Assembly: GCA_963664405.1 (NCBI GenBank)
Contig: OY761158.1
Coordinates: 2,208,001-2,272,000, forward strand
Length of the DNA stretch: 64,000 nucleotides
Source: Thermoanaerobaculia bacterium
GTDB lineage: Bacteria > Acidobacteriota > Thermoanaerobaculia > Multivoradales > Multivoraceae
Direction of reading: 5' to 3'
The position numbers and the translations under genes are program-made. The notes under the pieces are model-generated. The model saw only the letters and a list, made by a program, of their open reading frames with translations, searched no databases and was not told the DNA's origin. Of the stretch, positions 8,534-17,572 are shown one piece after another; within the stretch, counting starts at the first letter, position 1, and every line of letters begins with the position of its first letter.

Positions 8534-10735
8534 CTAGCGGGCCACGGGGCCTCCGGCGTCCTCAGAGCTCTCGAGAACGAAGTCGCCGTGCAACCGAATG
8601 TCGGCCGACGAACTGCCAACGAGGACCTGGAAGGTGCCGGCTTCAGCGAGCCAACGGCATCGATCGACGTCGTAGAACGACAGATCGGCCGCCTTCAGGT
8701 CGCAGGAAAAGAGACGGCTCTCTCCCGCGGCGAGCGAACAGCGAACGAAGGCCCTGAGCTCCTTATCGGGCCGCTCGACGCTGCTCTCCACGTCGCGGAC
8801 ATAGACTTGTGCGATCTCGACCCCCGATCTCTGTCCTTGGTTCGTCACCCGGAAAGTCAGGGTGGCGGCAAAGCGGTCACCCCGTCCCTGGGTCTCGACT
8901 CGCAGGTCGTCATAGCGAAAGCAGGTGTAGCTCAGCCCATGACCGAAGGGAAAGAGCGGCGGGTCCGGATGGCGCTCAATGCCGCGGTAACCGACAAACA
9001 CACCTTCGTTGTAGAGAGGACTCGGGCGTGGAAAGCTCTCCCCGTCTGGAAGCTGACCGAGATGGGAGGGGAAAGTGATGGGCAACCTGGCCGATGGATT
9101 GACATCGCCGAGTAGAACGTCCGCCAGAGCACGGCCGCCCTGTTCACCGGGATACCACGCATGCAGAATCGTCGCCGCCCCGCCAACCCATGATCCCATC
9201 GTCACCGCCCCCCCGGCGACGATCACGACAACCGTCCGCGGATTGACTTCGAGCACGGTCTCGATCAACTCCACCTGACCCGCGGGTAGATCGAGGACCC
9301 CACCGCGACGATCGACACTCTCGCGCTCCCAGGTGTGGTCGAAGCCAACGACCACGATCGCCGCATCGCTCTTGCCCGCTAGCTGCGCCGCGCGGCGCAA
9401 CTTCGTCGGTGTACTCCGGCCGTCGAGCTCACACCCTTTCCTGTAGCGAACGCGAAACCGGTTCGCGAACCGCTCCCGAAGTCCGGCCAGCGGCGAAACG
9501 CGGTGGAAGGGCCTGACCTCGCTGCTACCGTCCTCTCCTAGCTGAGCTACGGCGGCATTGGGGCCGAGGACCGCCAGCGATCCGAGATCGGTTGGGCTGA
9601 GTGGCAGAACACCGTCATCGTTCTTGAGCAGCACCATCGAGGCACGGGCCACCTCCAACGCCAGAGCTCGGTGCTCGAGACAGTTGACGACCCCACGCTG
9701 CTTGACGGGTCGACGCTCGAAGAGCCCGTTCGCCATCTTGGTTCGGAGCACGCGTCGCGCCGCTCTCTCTACCGCCTCTGCCGACACCCTTCCCGCCTTC
9801 ACCGCCTCGACCAGCGCGCGGCCGTAGTGCACTTGCTTCGGCATCTCGACATCGAGGCCCGCATCGATCGACCGTTCGGTACCCTCGACCGTCTTCCAGT
9901 CCCCCACCACGATGCCGCGGAAGCCCCACTCTCCTCTCAGAACATCAGTGAGAAGGTACTCGTGCTCCGCGCCACGCGATCCGTTGACCCCAGTACGAGC
10001 CGACATCACGCTCCACACCCCGCCCTCCTCGACACAGGCACGGAACGCCGGCAGATAGATTTCTCGCAGAGCGCGCTCCCCGACCTCGACCATCAGTTTT
10101 CGATCGCTCAGTTCTGGATCGTTGGTGCCCTCCTGGTTGTGGCAGGCGAGATGCTTGACGCAGGCGATGACTCCCTGCTGCTGGATCCCCTCGACAAACG
10201 GCACCGCGATCGCGGCAGTGAGGAAGGGGTCTTCGCTGAAGCACTCCTGCGTGCGCCCGGCGCGCGAGTCACGAATGATGTTGACGCAGGGAGCCAGGAG
10301 CCAGTTGCGGCCCTTGGCCATTGCTTCTCGTGCGATCGCCGAGGCCATGCGACGCGAGAGCTCGGGGTCCCAAGCGCTGGCGAGAGCGATGGAGACCGGG
10401 AAGGCGGTTGCTTTGTCGGTATGGCGGAATGGATAGCGCCACACCGCTTCGCCGATACCTCGAGGACCATCACAACATCGAAAGTCCGGGATACCAAGGC
10501 GGCGATTCTTCGGCGCTCGCATCTGCCCGATACCGTGAAGCTGGCGAGCCTTTTCGAGCAGACTCATCTGCTGTAGCAGCAGCTCGACTCGGTCGTCGAG
10601 CGAGCTCTCAGGATCGAGGCGCGGATGACGCGCGAGATCTCCCCCGGATTGAGCATCGCCCACGGCAGCGGACCCTACCACCGTCGTCGGCACCGAGCCC
10701 CCTGCTAGTGTCGTGTCCCAGAAGTGCCTACCCAA
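8534..10735 (-). CDS. Glycoside hydrolase family 3 (beta-glucosidase-like) with FnIII-like C-terminus; true start probably below 10705
   Basis: DGPRG, FPVSIALASAWD, GRTQECFSEDP, CVKH, VVGDW nucleophile, FPFGHGLSYT; annotated 5' end overlaps a MITE. Confidence 0.93.
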   Translation of the reverse strand: MGRHFWDTTLAGGSVPTTVVGSAAVGDAQSGGDLARHPRLDPESSLDDRVELLLQQMSLLEKARQLHGIGQMRAPKNRRLGIPDFRCCDGPRGIGEAVWRYPFRHTDKATAFPVSIALASAWDPELSRRMASAIAREAMAKGRNWLLAPCVNIIRDSRAGRTQECFSEDPFLTAAIAVPFVEGIQQQGVIACVKHLACHNQEGTNDPELSDRKLMVEVGERALREIYLPAFRACVEEGGVWSVMSARTGVNGSRGAEHEYLLTDVLRGEWGFRGIVVGDWKTVEGTERSIDAGLDVEMPKQVHYGRALVEAVKAGRVSAEAVERAARRVLRTKMANGLFERRPVKQRGVVNCLEHRALALEVARASMVLLKNDDGVLPLSPTDLGSLAVLGPNAAVAQLGEDGSSEVRPFHRVSPLAGLRERFANRFRVRYRKGCELDGRSTPTKLRRAAQLAGKSDAAIVVVGFDHTWERESVDRRGGVLDLPAGQVELIETVLEVNPRTVVVIVAGGAVTMGSWVGGAATILHAWYPGEQGGRALADVLLGDVNPSARLPITFPSHLGQLPDGESFPRPSPLYNEGVFVGYRGIERHPDPPLFPFGHGLSYTCFRYDDLRVETQGRGDRFAATLTFRVTNQGQRSGVEIAQVYVRDVESSVERPDKELRAFVRCSLAAGESRLFSCDLKAADLSFYDVDRCRWLAEAGTFQVLVGSSSADIRLHGDFVLESSEDAGGPVAR

Positions 10736-10872
10736 TAGCTCGGCCCCTTTCGCTCGCTGCCTTCGTTACGCCTCGTCGACAGATTCCCAATATGCCTGCC
10801 TCGCCGCGCCTTGGCAGCGAACGAAATGACCTCGATCTATTAGGCAGGCATTTCCGGGACACGACACGCTAG
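10705..10872. mobile_element. MITE with family A core but different TIRs
   Basis: CTAG at both ends; TIRs gtgtcgtgtcccagaagtgcct / aggcatttccgggacacgacac; core tcgacagattcccaatatgcctgc...cagcgaac..aatgacctcga shared with 24288-24453. Confidence 0.8.
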
Positions 10873-11210
10873 CGGCCTCGTCGAGATTCATCCACCGGCT
10901 CCGCCATCGAGTCGAGGAATTCGAGTACCAGGTGGTTGAGCTCGTCAGGCCTCTCGAGGCTCGGTAGGTGAGCGACACCTGCGATGTCAACCGCACGCGC
11001 TCCGGGAATGCCCTCGACCAGCGCTCGGCCCGAAGCTCGACTGCGGCGGACATGCACCTCGAAGCGTTCGTCGAAGGCGTCGACCTGGGGCTGCCACGTA
11101 CGCGAATCGGCGATGCCGGCGTGAAGAAAGATCACCGGCGGCCCTGCGCCGGAGCGCGCGTACCACAAGCGCGCGCCCTCGACTTCCAAGTATCCGATTC
11201 TCTCGGTCAT
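10869..11210 (-). pseudogene. Alpha/beta hydrolase with large internal deletion
   Basis: N-terminal GAGPPVIFLHAG and C-terminal GVAHLPSLERP present, but only 113 aa and no GxSxG nucleophile elbow. Confidence 0.7.
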
Positions 11211-11376
11211 CTTGATCCGTCTACGATTCCAAAAATAGATAGACCTGTCTATTTTTTTCACCGATCCTGAGTTATCCTTGCCCCTGAACGGTGTTGCTGC
11301 CGCCGAGTGTACGCGGAAACGACCTCTTGACAGTTCGGTTCTCAGTCGGCGAAAGTTCCTTCGACAAGGAGTCTTG

Positions 11377-12066
11377 ATGAAGCCAACAACCAAGCGAATC
11401 GCGTGGGTAGCCGGCATTCTGGCGGTTTCTATCGCGGCCGGCAGCTGGGGCTACCGACAGGCGATGTTCGCCGGCCTGATCCGGATCAACGAGTACGACA
11501 TCCGCTCCGAAGGCATCCTGCAAGTTGGGGAGCTGGCTCCAGACCTGGAGCTCGCCGACGTCGATGGCGGCATGACCAAACTCTCGCAGCTGTGGGCAGC
11601 GAAGCCGCTGGTGCTGGTATTCGGGAGTTATACCTGACCACCCTTCCGAGCCAGTTTGGCTCGGATCGAGAAGCTGCGGGAAGAGTGGACTCCTCGCCTC
11701 GAGTTCACCTACGTCTACATCAAAGAGGCCCATCCTGAAGACGAGTGGCAGGCGCCGAAGAACCTCGAGAGTGACGTCATCTTCAAGCAGCCCACCAACT
11801 TCGTCGAGCGTATGGAGCTCGCCGAGACCTTCGTCGAAGCCAATGACATCGGCACTCGCACCCTGGTCGACGACATGACCAACAAGGCAAATGCCTGTTA
11901 TGCCGCCTGGCCAGAGCGCATCTACGTCATCGACCAGGACGGCACGATCGCTTACAAGGGCGGCATGGGTCCCTTCAAGTTCAAGCCGAAAGATCTCGGA
12001 GAGTTCCTCCAAGATCGCTACAGTCACCTCGCCCCGGAGATCACAGAGCTCCAACAGCCCTCTTGA
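11377..12066 (+). CDS. Iodothyronine deiodinase-like selenoprotein (in-frame TGA 11635-11637 read as Sec)
   Basis: Two track ORFs are in one frame: PLVLVFGSYT-TGA-PPFR...YIKEAHP...AWPERIYVI; AAGGAG upstream of ATG. Confidence 0.9.
11645..11665 (+). promoter_or_regulatory. Candidate bacterial SECIS hairpin
   Basis: tccgagcca-GTT-tggctcgga perfect 9-bp stem; loop G 17 nt after TGA. Confidence 0.75.
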
Positions 12067-12082
12067 AGCCGGCCGGCCGCGG

Positions 12083-12189
12083 GGGGGGTCTTGGGGACCG
12101 GGCTGCTCCGCGGGTTTCTCAGACAGTCGTAGTGAAGCCGACTTGCTTCGGTATTTTTATGCTACGCAGCCCGGTCCCCAAGACCCCCC
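12083..12189. repeat. Perfect 24-bp inverted repeat around an AT-richer spacer
   Basis: ggggggtcttggggaccgggctgc ... gcagcccggtccccaagacccccc. Confidence 0.8.
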
Positions 12190-12403
12190 TGATGCGGCCT
12201 CCGCCATCGGCGAGGGAGCGTCGTTTCTGAGTGCTACGGCTGACGTAGCCGAGCCTTCAGGATGGCCAGGGGGTTCGGTCGGCCAGGCTGTCCTGGGTGG
12301 GGAGCGTGCGCCTTATCGCCACAGCGCAGTGAGCGAACGCGGAGGCGTATTCCACGCCGCACAAGTGAACGACCGAGCACGCGTACGATCGCCGCCCAGG
12401 CGG

Positions 12404-12530
12404 AGCCGGGTGTTCAGGGTGCCCCATATCGCGGCAGCACAGGGGCGAGGCGACGTAGGCGTACCGGAGGTACGTCGGAGGAGCCGAGCGACGAGCACGC
12501 CGTGAGATGGGGTGCCCTGGACAGCCGGCT
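12404..12530. repeat. Repeat/MITE family D
   Basis: Imperfect TIRs agccgggtgttcagggtgccccat / atggggtgccctggacagccggct; partial copies near 14834-14865 and 17326-17385. Confidence 0.7.
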
Positions 12531-14760
12531 AAGGTTGCCAGAAGTAGGTGTACTTCAGGATCAACTCTCGGCGGAAGGTCTCGCGCGCGCGGAACGACGG
12601 CGCGTCCCAGTTCTCGTTGTAGACGAGGAAGAGATCGGCGCCAGGCTTGTAGATCCAGTTCAGCCGTAGGTTGAGGCCAACGAGCTCGGCAGCGTCGTTG
12701 TACTGGAGGAAGGTGTTGAGCCGCAGGTCGGGATTGAACGAGAGGTCGACACGAAGACCGTAAACCGTGGTCTCGAAGTCGCCCTGCGGTAGCGTGACGT
12801 CGTTGTAGTTCCACGTCAGCTCGCCGAAAATATGCTTCGATCCGCGCACTCTCGCGGTGAGAAAGTAGCTCTCCCGATCGCCATCGAAGAAGGGACCGAT
12901 GTTGATATTGCCGTTGAAGGAGAAGCGCCGGCCACTATTCGAGAAGCCGCGGATGAACAGACCGTCGAAATTGTAGAGACCCGGCGGGATGACAATTCCG
13001 GGCTGGATCTCGAAGGGCTCGAAGAGCTGCTCTGTATCTTGGACCCAGGCGACTCGAAAGCGATCGTCTCCCTTGGTTCGCAGCGAGAGCGGAGCCAGGA
13101 GGATCCGTCGGCTCTCGATGTCTCCGATGCTTTCGCGCTCGTAGTACTCCAGCTCGGCGTCGAGGGTCCAGCTACGGATGAACCACTTGTTCACTCGTGG
13201 CTCGAATCGCACCGCCGGCTTGTAGTGCATGAAGTCGCGGCGCTGCAGAAAGCCCATGGCGGGATCGAAGTTCTTCTGCGCCTGGACGATGTCGAGGCTC
13301 GCTCGCAGATTGCTGCGCGTGTATACCCCGCCGGTGCCGAAGGAGCCCGACTCATCGCTGCCGTGCTCGTTCTCGCTTCCAGCGCCGAAAAGATAAAAAC
13401 TCGAAGTGGTCGTCGGCTTGTAATCGAGATCGAGCCCGTAGAGACGATTGAAACCGGAACCGCTCGGGTCGCGCTCGGTGACGATCATGCCCAAAGACGA
13501 GCGCTCGCCGAGGTTGCGCTTGAGACGGAACACTCCGAAGAGCTCGTCGGGCACGAATCGCCGCCCTTCTTCGTCCACTTGATCGGTACTCACACCCAGC
13601 ACGCCCACGTTCCAGTTCCCTACTCGCCCGGTGAGCCGCCCGCCCCAGTCGAGGGGAACCTCCTGGCCCTGATCGATGCCGATGCGGCGAGAGAAGAACG
13701 CCTTCATCAGGGGTGGTTGATTGGGGTTGCCGCTGCTCGGAGGGCCGAACTCGAAGATGCCGGCGTTCTCGAGAAAAAACTCACGCTTCTCGGGGAAGAA
13801 GAGCGAGAAGCGAGTGATGTTCACCTGCTGTTGGTCGACTTCGACCTGGGCGAAGTCTGTGTTGTAGGTCAGGTCGAGGGTCAGCGACCGGGTCACGCCC
13901 CATTTGACGTCGAGACCGGCATCCAGCTCATCATCGTGCTTCGGCTCGCGCTGCGGCTCTTCGCCCACCAGCCCGACCACGAAGGGCTTGACGTCGAGGC
14001 GTCGGGCCGCCTTGACATCGCCGATGCCGGTCAGATCGCCGGCGAGGGAGACCAGATGAGCCGCATAGGTTCGGCCCACCGCGCGAATATTGACCTCTCG
14101 CGATATCGCCGCCCAGTTACTCTCTTCATTGGTACGTCGCACAACTCGACGCACGTTGAGGCCCCAGGTGTCCTCTCCAGGGTTGAAGCGAAGACTGGTG
14201 AAGGGGATCGCCACCTCGGCGAACCAGCCCTGCGCATTGCGGCGCGTCCCCACCGCCCACACGCCGTCCCATTCGACGTTGTAGAGCTTCCCCTCGTCGG
14301 TGACCAGAGCATCGGTGCGCGCCCCGTTGGGGTTGATCTCGAACATGACGCTGTTGCGCTGATCGTGGAAAGTGTCGAGCACGATCGAGATAGCATCGTC
14401 GTTGCGCCCCAGATCAGCGTCTCGCTGCATCTCCTTGGCGACGATCTCTTCCGGCTTCGAATCGAAGGCTCGGATGCCGAAGTACAAGGTGCTCGGCGTA
14501 TAGAGAACCGAGAACTCGGTGCGCTCGGCGGCGGGTCGGTTGTCGTTGGGCTCTCTGGCGGCGAAGTCCTTACCGACCTCCGCTTCGGCCCACGCCGCTT
14601 CGGTGAGCTCGCCATCGACCGTGATCGCCTGGTCGATAGGGAGAGCGGCGATACTGGGCCGAAGGGTCGAGCTGTTCTGCGCCGCCACGGGTGTCACCCA
14701 AAGAGCGGCAATGGCGAGCCAAGGCAGCAGCAGGCGTGCCAGGGCCGGCCGAGAGTCCAT
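12529..14760 (-). CDS. CBM9-like + DUF5916 outer-membrane protein, paralogue 1
   Basis: Signal peptide; VDGELTEAAW, LDTFHDQRN, YNTDFAQVEVD, FFPEKREFFLENAGIF, FFSRRIG; ends KYTYFWQP. Confidence 0.85.
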   Translation of the reverse strand: MDSRPALARLLLPWLAIAALWVTPVAAQNSSTLRPSIAALPIDQAITVDGELTEAAWAEAEVGKDFAAREPNDNRPAAERTEFSVLYTPSTLYFGIRAFDSKPEEIVAKEMQRDADLGRNDDAISIVLDTFHDQRNSVMFEINPNGARTDALVTDEGKLYNVEWDGVWAVGTRRNAQGWFAEVAIPFTSLRFNPGEDTWGLNVRRVVRRTNEESNWAAISREVNIRAVGRTYAAHLVSLAGDLTGIGDVKAARRLDVKPFVVGLVGEEPQREPKHDDELDAGLDVKWGVTRSLTLDLTYNTDFAQVEVDQQQVNITRFSLFFPEKREFFLENAGIFEFGPPSSGNPNQPPLMKAFFSRRIGIDQGQEVPLDWGGRLTGRVGNWNVGVLGVSTDQVDEEGRRFVPDELFGVFRLKRNLGERSSLGMIVTERDPSGSGFNRLYGLDLDYKPTTTSSFYLFGAGSENEHGSDESGSFGTGGVYTRSNLRASLDIVQAQKNFDPAMGFLQRRDFMHYKPAVRFEPRVNKWFIRSWTLDAELEYYERESIGDIESRRILLAPLSLRTKGDDRFRVAWVQDTEQLFEPFEIQPGIVIPPGLYNFDGLFIRGFSNSGRRFSFNGNINIGPFFDGDRESYFLTARVRGSKHIFGELTWNYNDVTLPQGDFETTVYGLRVDLSFNPDLRLNTFLQYNDAAELVGLNLRLNWIYKPGADLFLVYNENWDAPSFRARETFRRELILKYTYFWQP

Positions 14761-14919
14761 GTAGTTTCGCGCTCTCATCTCGTAAATCCGGGCAGAGACT
14801 ATCCCATCCCGGGACCGGCCCCCACGCGACGGTTCCGGGTGTTCACGGTGCCACAGATCGGGGCGGGGCACCCCGCCGAGGCTCTCGGCGACGGCCAGGC
14901 CTGAAACCGCCGAAGAATC

Positions 14920-15028
14920 GGGCTGCGCCGTTGCCCGAAGCGTATAGGAAGCAACGCGCAAGTGCGCCGTCCTCGGCGCCAAAAAACAAGTAGCTTTCAG
15001 AAATGATATTCATCATTTCGAAAGCTAC
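14920..15028 (-). repeat. Repeat family C copy 2
   Basis: Minus strand gTAGctttcgaaatgat...atcatttctgaaagctac ttgtttttt ggcgccgaggacggcgcac; TAG is the stop of 15025-17268. Confidence 0.85.
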
Positions 15029-17268
15029 GGCTGCCAGAGGTAGGTGTACTTGACGATCAGCTCTCGACGGAAAGTTTCGCGGGCGGAAAAGGTGGGTGCA
15101 TCCCAATTCTCGTTGTAGACGACGAAGAGATCGGCCCCTGGTTTGTAGATCCAATTCAGCCGCACATTGAGGCCGACGAGCTCGGCGGCGTCGTTGTACT
15201 GGGCGAAAGTGTTGATCCGCAGATCAGGGCTAAACGAGAGGTCGATGCGGAGACCGTAGACCGTGGTCTCGAAGTCGCCCTGTGGCATCGACACATCGTT
15301 GAAGTTCCACGACAGCTCGCTGCGTAGATGCTTCGATGCGCGAAAAATCGTGGTGAAGTTGTAGCTTTCACGGTCACCCTCGAAGAACTCGCCGATGTCG
15401 ACCGTGCCTCGGAACCTCACCCGCCGCCCCTCGCTCGAGCTGGCCCTCATGAACGCAGAATCGAAGTCGTAGAGCCCTGCCGGAATGACGATTCCAGGCT
15501 GAATCTCGAAGGGCTCGAAGAGCTGCTCGGTCTCATGGTTCCATGCGATTCGAAAGCGGTCGTCTCCGTTCGTGCGCATCCCGATCGGCGTCAGCGAGAG
15601 CCGTCGGCTCTCGATCTCACCGGTGCTCTCGCGCTCGAAGTAGTCGAGATTGGCATCGAGAGTCCAGCTGCGGATGAACCACTTGTTCACTCGTGGCTCG
15701 AATCGGAGCGCGGGCCGGTATTGGACGAAGTCGGTGCGCTGGAGAAAACCCATGCCCGGGTCGAAATTCTTCTGCGCCTGCACGATGTCGATGCCGCCCC
15801 GCATACTGCGCCGAGTGAAGCTGTAGCCGGTGCCAAAGGAGCCCGAATCCTCACTCTTCTCTTCGTCTTCACTCTCCGCACCGAAAAGATAGAGGCTCGA
15901 AGTCGTCGTCGGCTTGTAGTCGAGGTCGAGGCCATAGAGACGATTGAAGCCGGCCCCGCTCGGGTCGCGCTCAGTGACAATCATGCCAACGCTCGAACGC
16001 TCGCCGAGGTTCCGCTTCAGCCGGAAAACACCGAACAGCTCCTCTGGCACCGAGGATCGTCCTTCCTCGTCTACGGCGTCGGTACTCACAGCCAACATGC
16101 CGACATTCCAAGCGCCGACGCGCCCCGTGAGCCGTCCGCCGTAGTCGATGGGAACCTCCTGGCCCTGATCGAGACCGATGCGTCGCGAAAAGAAAGCCTT
16201 CATCAGCGGCGGTCGGGCGCTGGTCTGGGGCGGACCAAACTCGAAGATACCGGCGTTCTCGAGAAAGAAATCTCGCTTCTCCGGGAAGAAGAGCGGGAAA
16301 CGAGTAATGTTGACCTGCTGTTGGTCGACCTCGACCTGGGCGAAGTCGGTGTTGTACGTGAGGTCGAGAGTCAACGACTTGGTCACGCCCCATTTGACGT
16401 CGAGGCCGACGTCGACGTCATCGTCGTGCCTGTTCTCGCTGCGAGGCTCCTCGCCCACGAGCCCGACCACAAAGGGCTTGACGTCGAGGCGGCGCGCGGC
16501 TCTCACTGCGCCGATGCCGGTCAGATCACCGGCGAGAGAGACGTAATGAGCTCCGTATAGGGGGCTCGATCTGCGAATCGTGATCTCCCGCCCAATGGCG
16601 GCCCAATTGCTCTCTTCATTGGTGCGCCGCACCACTCGCCGCAAGTTGAGACCCCAGGTTTCGTCGCCGGGGTTGAAGCGGAGCGTTGTAAAGGGAATCG
16701 CCACCTCGGCGAACCAGCCCTGCGCGCTTCGCGAGGTCGCTACCGCCCACACCCCGTCCCACTCGAGGTTGAAGCTCTTCCCCTCGTCGGTGATCAACGC
16801 ATCGGTGCGCGCACCGTTGGGGTTGATCTCGAACATGAAGCTGTTGCGCTGATCGTGAAAAGTGTCGAGGATGATCGAGATTGCATCGTCGTTGCTGCCC
16901 AGGTCGGCATCGCGCTGCATCTCCTTGGCGATGATGGCGTCGGGTTGCGAGTCGTAGGCTCGAATGCCGAAGTACAAGGTGCTAGGTGTATAGAGAATCG
17001 AGAACTCGGTGCGCTCGGCGGCGGGTCGATTGTCGTTGGGCTCTCTGGCGGCAAAGTCCTTTCCGACCTCCGCTTCGGCCCACGCCGCTTCGGTGAGCTC
17101 ACCATCGACCGCGATCGCCCGATCGATGCGCAACGCGGCAATCGAGGGTCGAGGGCTCGAGCTGTTCTGCCCCGCCAGGGGCGCCACCCAGAAAAGGGCA
17201 GCGAGGATACCGGACAGCAGAACAAGGGCTCCTGCCGGTCGAGGAAAGTGCGTTTTCAGAACTCCCAT
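15025..17268 (-). CDS. CBM9-like + DUF5916 outer-membrane protein, paralogue 2
   Basis: Same motifs, colinear with neighbours. Confidence 0.85.
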   Translation of the reverse strand: MGVLKTHFPRPAGALVLLSGILAALFWVAPLAGQNSSSPRPSIAALRIDRAIAVDGELTEAAWAEAEVGKDFAAREPNDNRPAAERTEFSILYTPSTLYFGIRAYDSQPDAIIAKEMQRDADLGSNDDAISIILDTFHDQRNSFMFEINPNGARTDALITDEGKSFNLEWDGVWAVATSRSAQGWFAEVAIPFTTLRFNPGDETWGLNLRRVVRRTNEESNWAAIGREITIRRSSPLYGAHYVSLAGDLTGIGAVRAARRLDVKPFVVGLVGEEPRSENRHDDDVDVGLDVKWGVTKSLTLDLTYNTDFAQVEVDQQQVNITRFPLFFPEKRDFFLENAGIFEFGPPQTSARPPLMKAFFSRRIGLDQGQEVPIDYGGRLTGRVGAWNVGMLAVSTDAVDEEGRSSVPEELFGVFRLKRNLGERSSVGMIVTERDPSGAGFNRLYGLDLDYKPTTTSSLYLFGAESEDEEKSEDSGSFGTGYSFTRRSMRGGIDIVQAQKNFDPGMGFLQRTDFVQYRPALRFEPRVNKWFIRSWTLDANLDYFERESTGEIESRRLSLTPIGMRTNGDDRFRIAWNHETEQLFEPFEIQPGIVIPAGLYDFDSAFMRASSSEGRRVRFRGTVDIGEFFEGDRESYNFTTIFRASKHLRSELSWNFNDVSMPQGDFETTVYGLRIDLSFSPDLRINTFAQYNDAAELVGLNVRLNWIYKPGADLFVVYNENWDAPTFSARETFRRELIVKYTYLWQP

Positions 17269-17461
17269 CCTGAATTCGAGCGAGAGACTATCCCATCCGC
17301 CAGAGCGCCGCCCCCTTTTGTGGATGCCGGGTGTTCAGGGTGCCCCAGATCGTCGCAGCGCAGGAGCGAGGCGACGCAGGCGTACACTCTGGGGCCAGGA
17401 GCGCGGCTGAAAATGAAGCAGCAGCGTCTCGCCGCGTCGAGGTTCTCTAAGACCGCCGAAA

Positions 17462-17572
17462 TCGGCCTGCGCCGTCTCCCGAAGCGAATAGGAAGCAACG
17501 CCCGAGTGCGCCGTCCTCGGCGCCAAGAACAAGTAGCTTTCGGAAATGATACTCATCATTTTCGAAAGCTAC
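17462..17572 (-). repeat. Repeat family C copy 3 (holds an empty IS110 target)
   Basis: Same hairpin and core; minus-strand cttcctattcgCTtcggg at 17478-17495; TAG is the stop of 17569-19815. Confidence 0.85.

Noticed and set aside
11278-12066. Two separate genes or a nonsense pseudogene at the TGA (also 26476-27498)
   Set aside because: TGA falls at the catalytic Sec/Cys position, frame continues, and a SECIS-like hairpin follows
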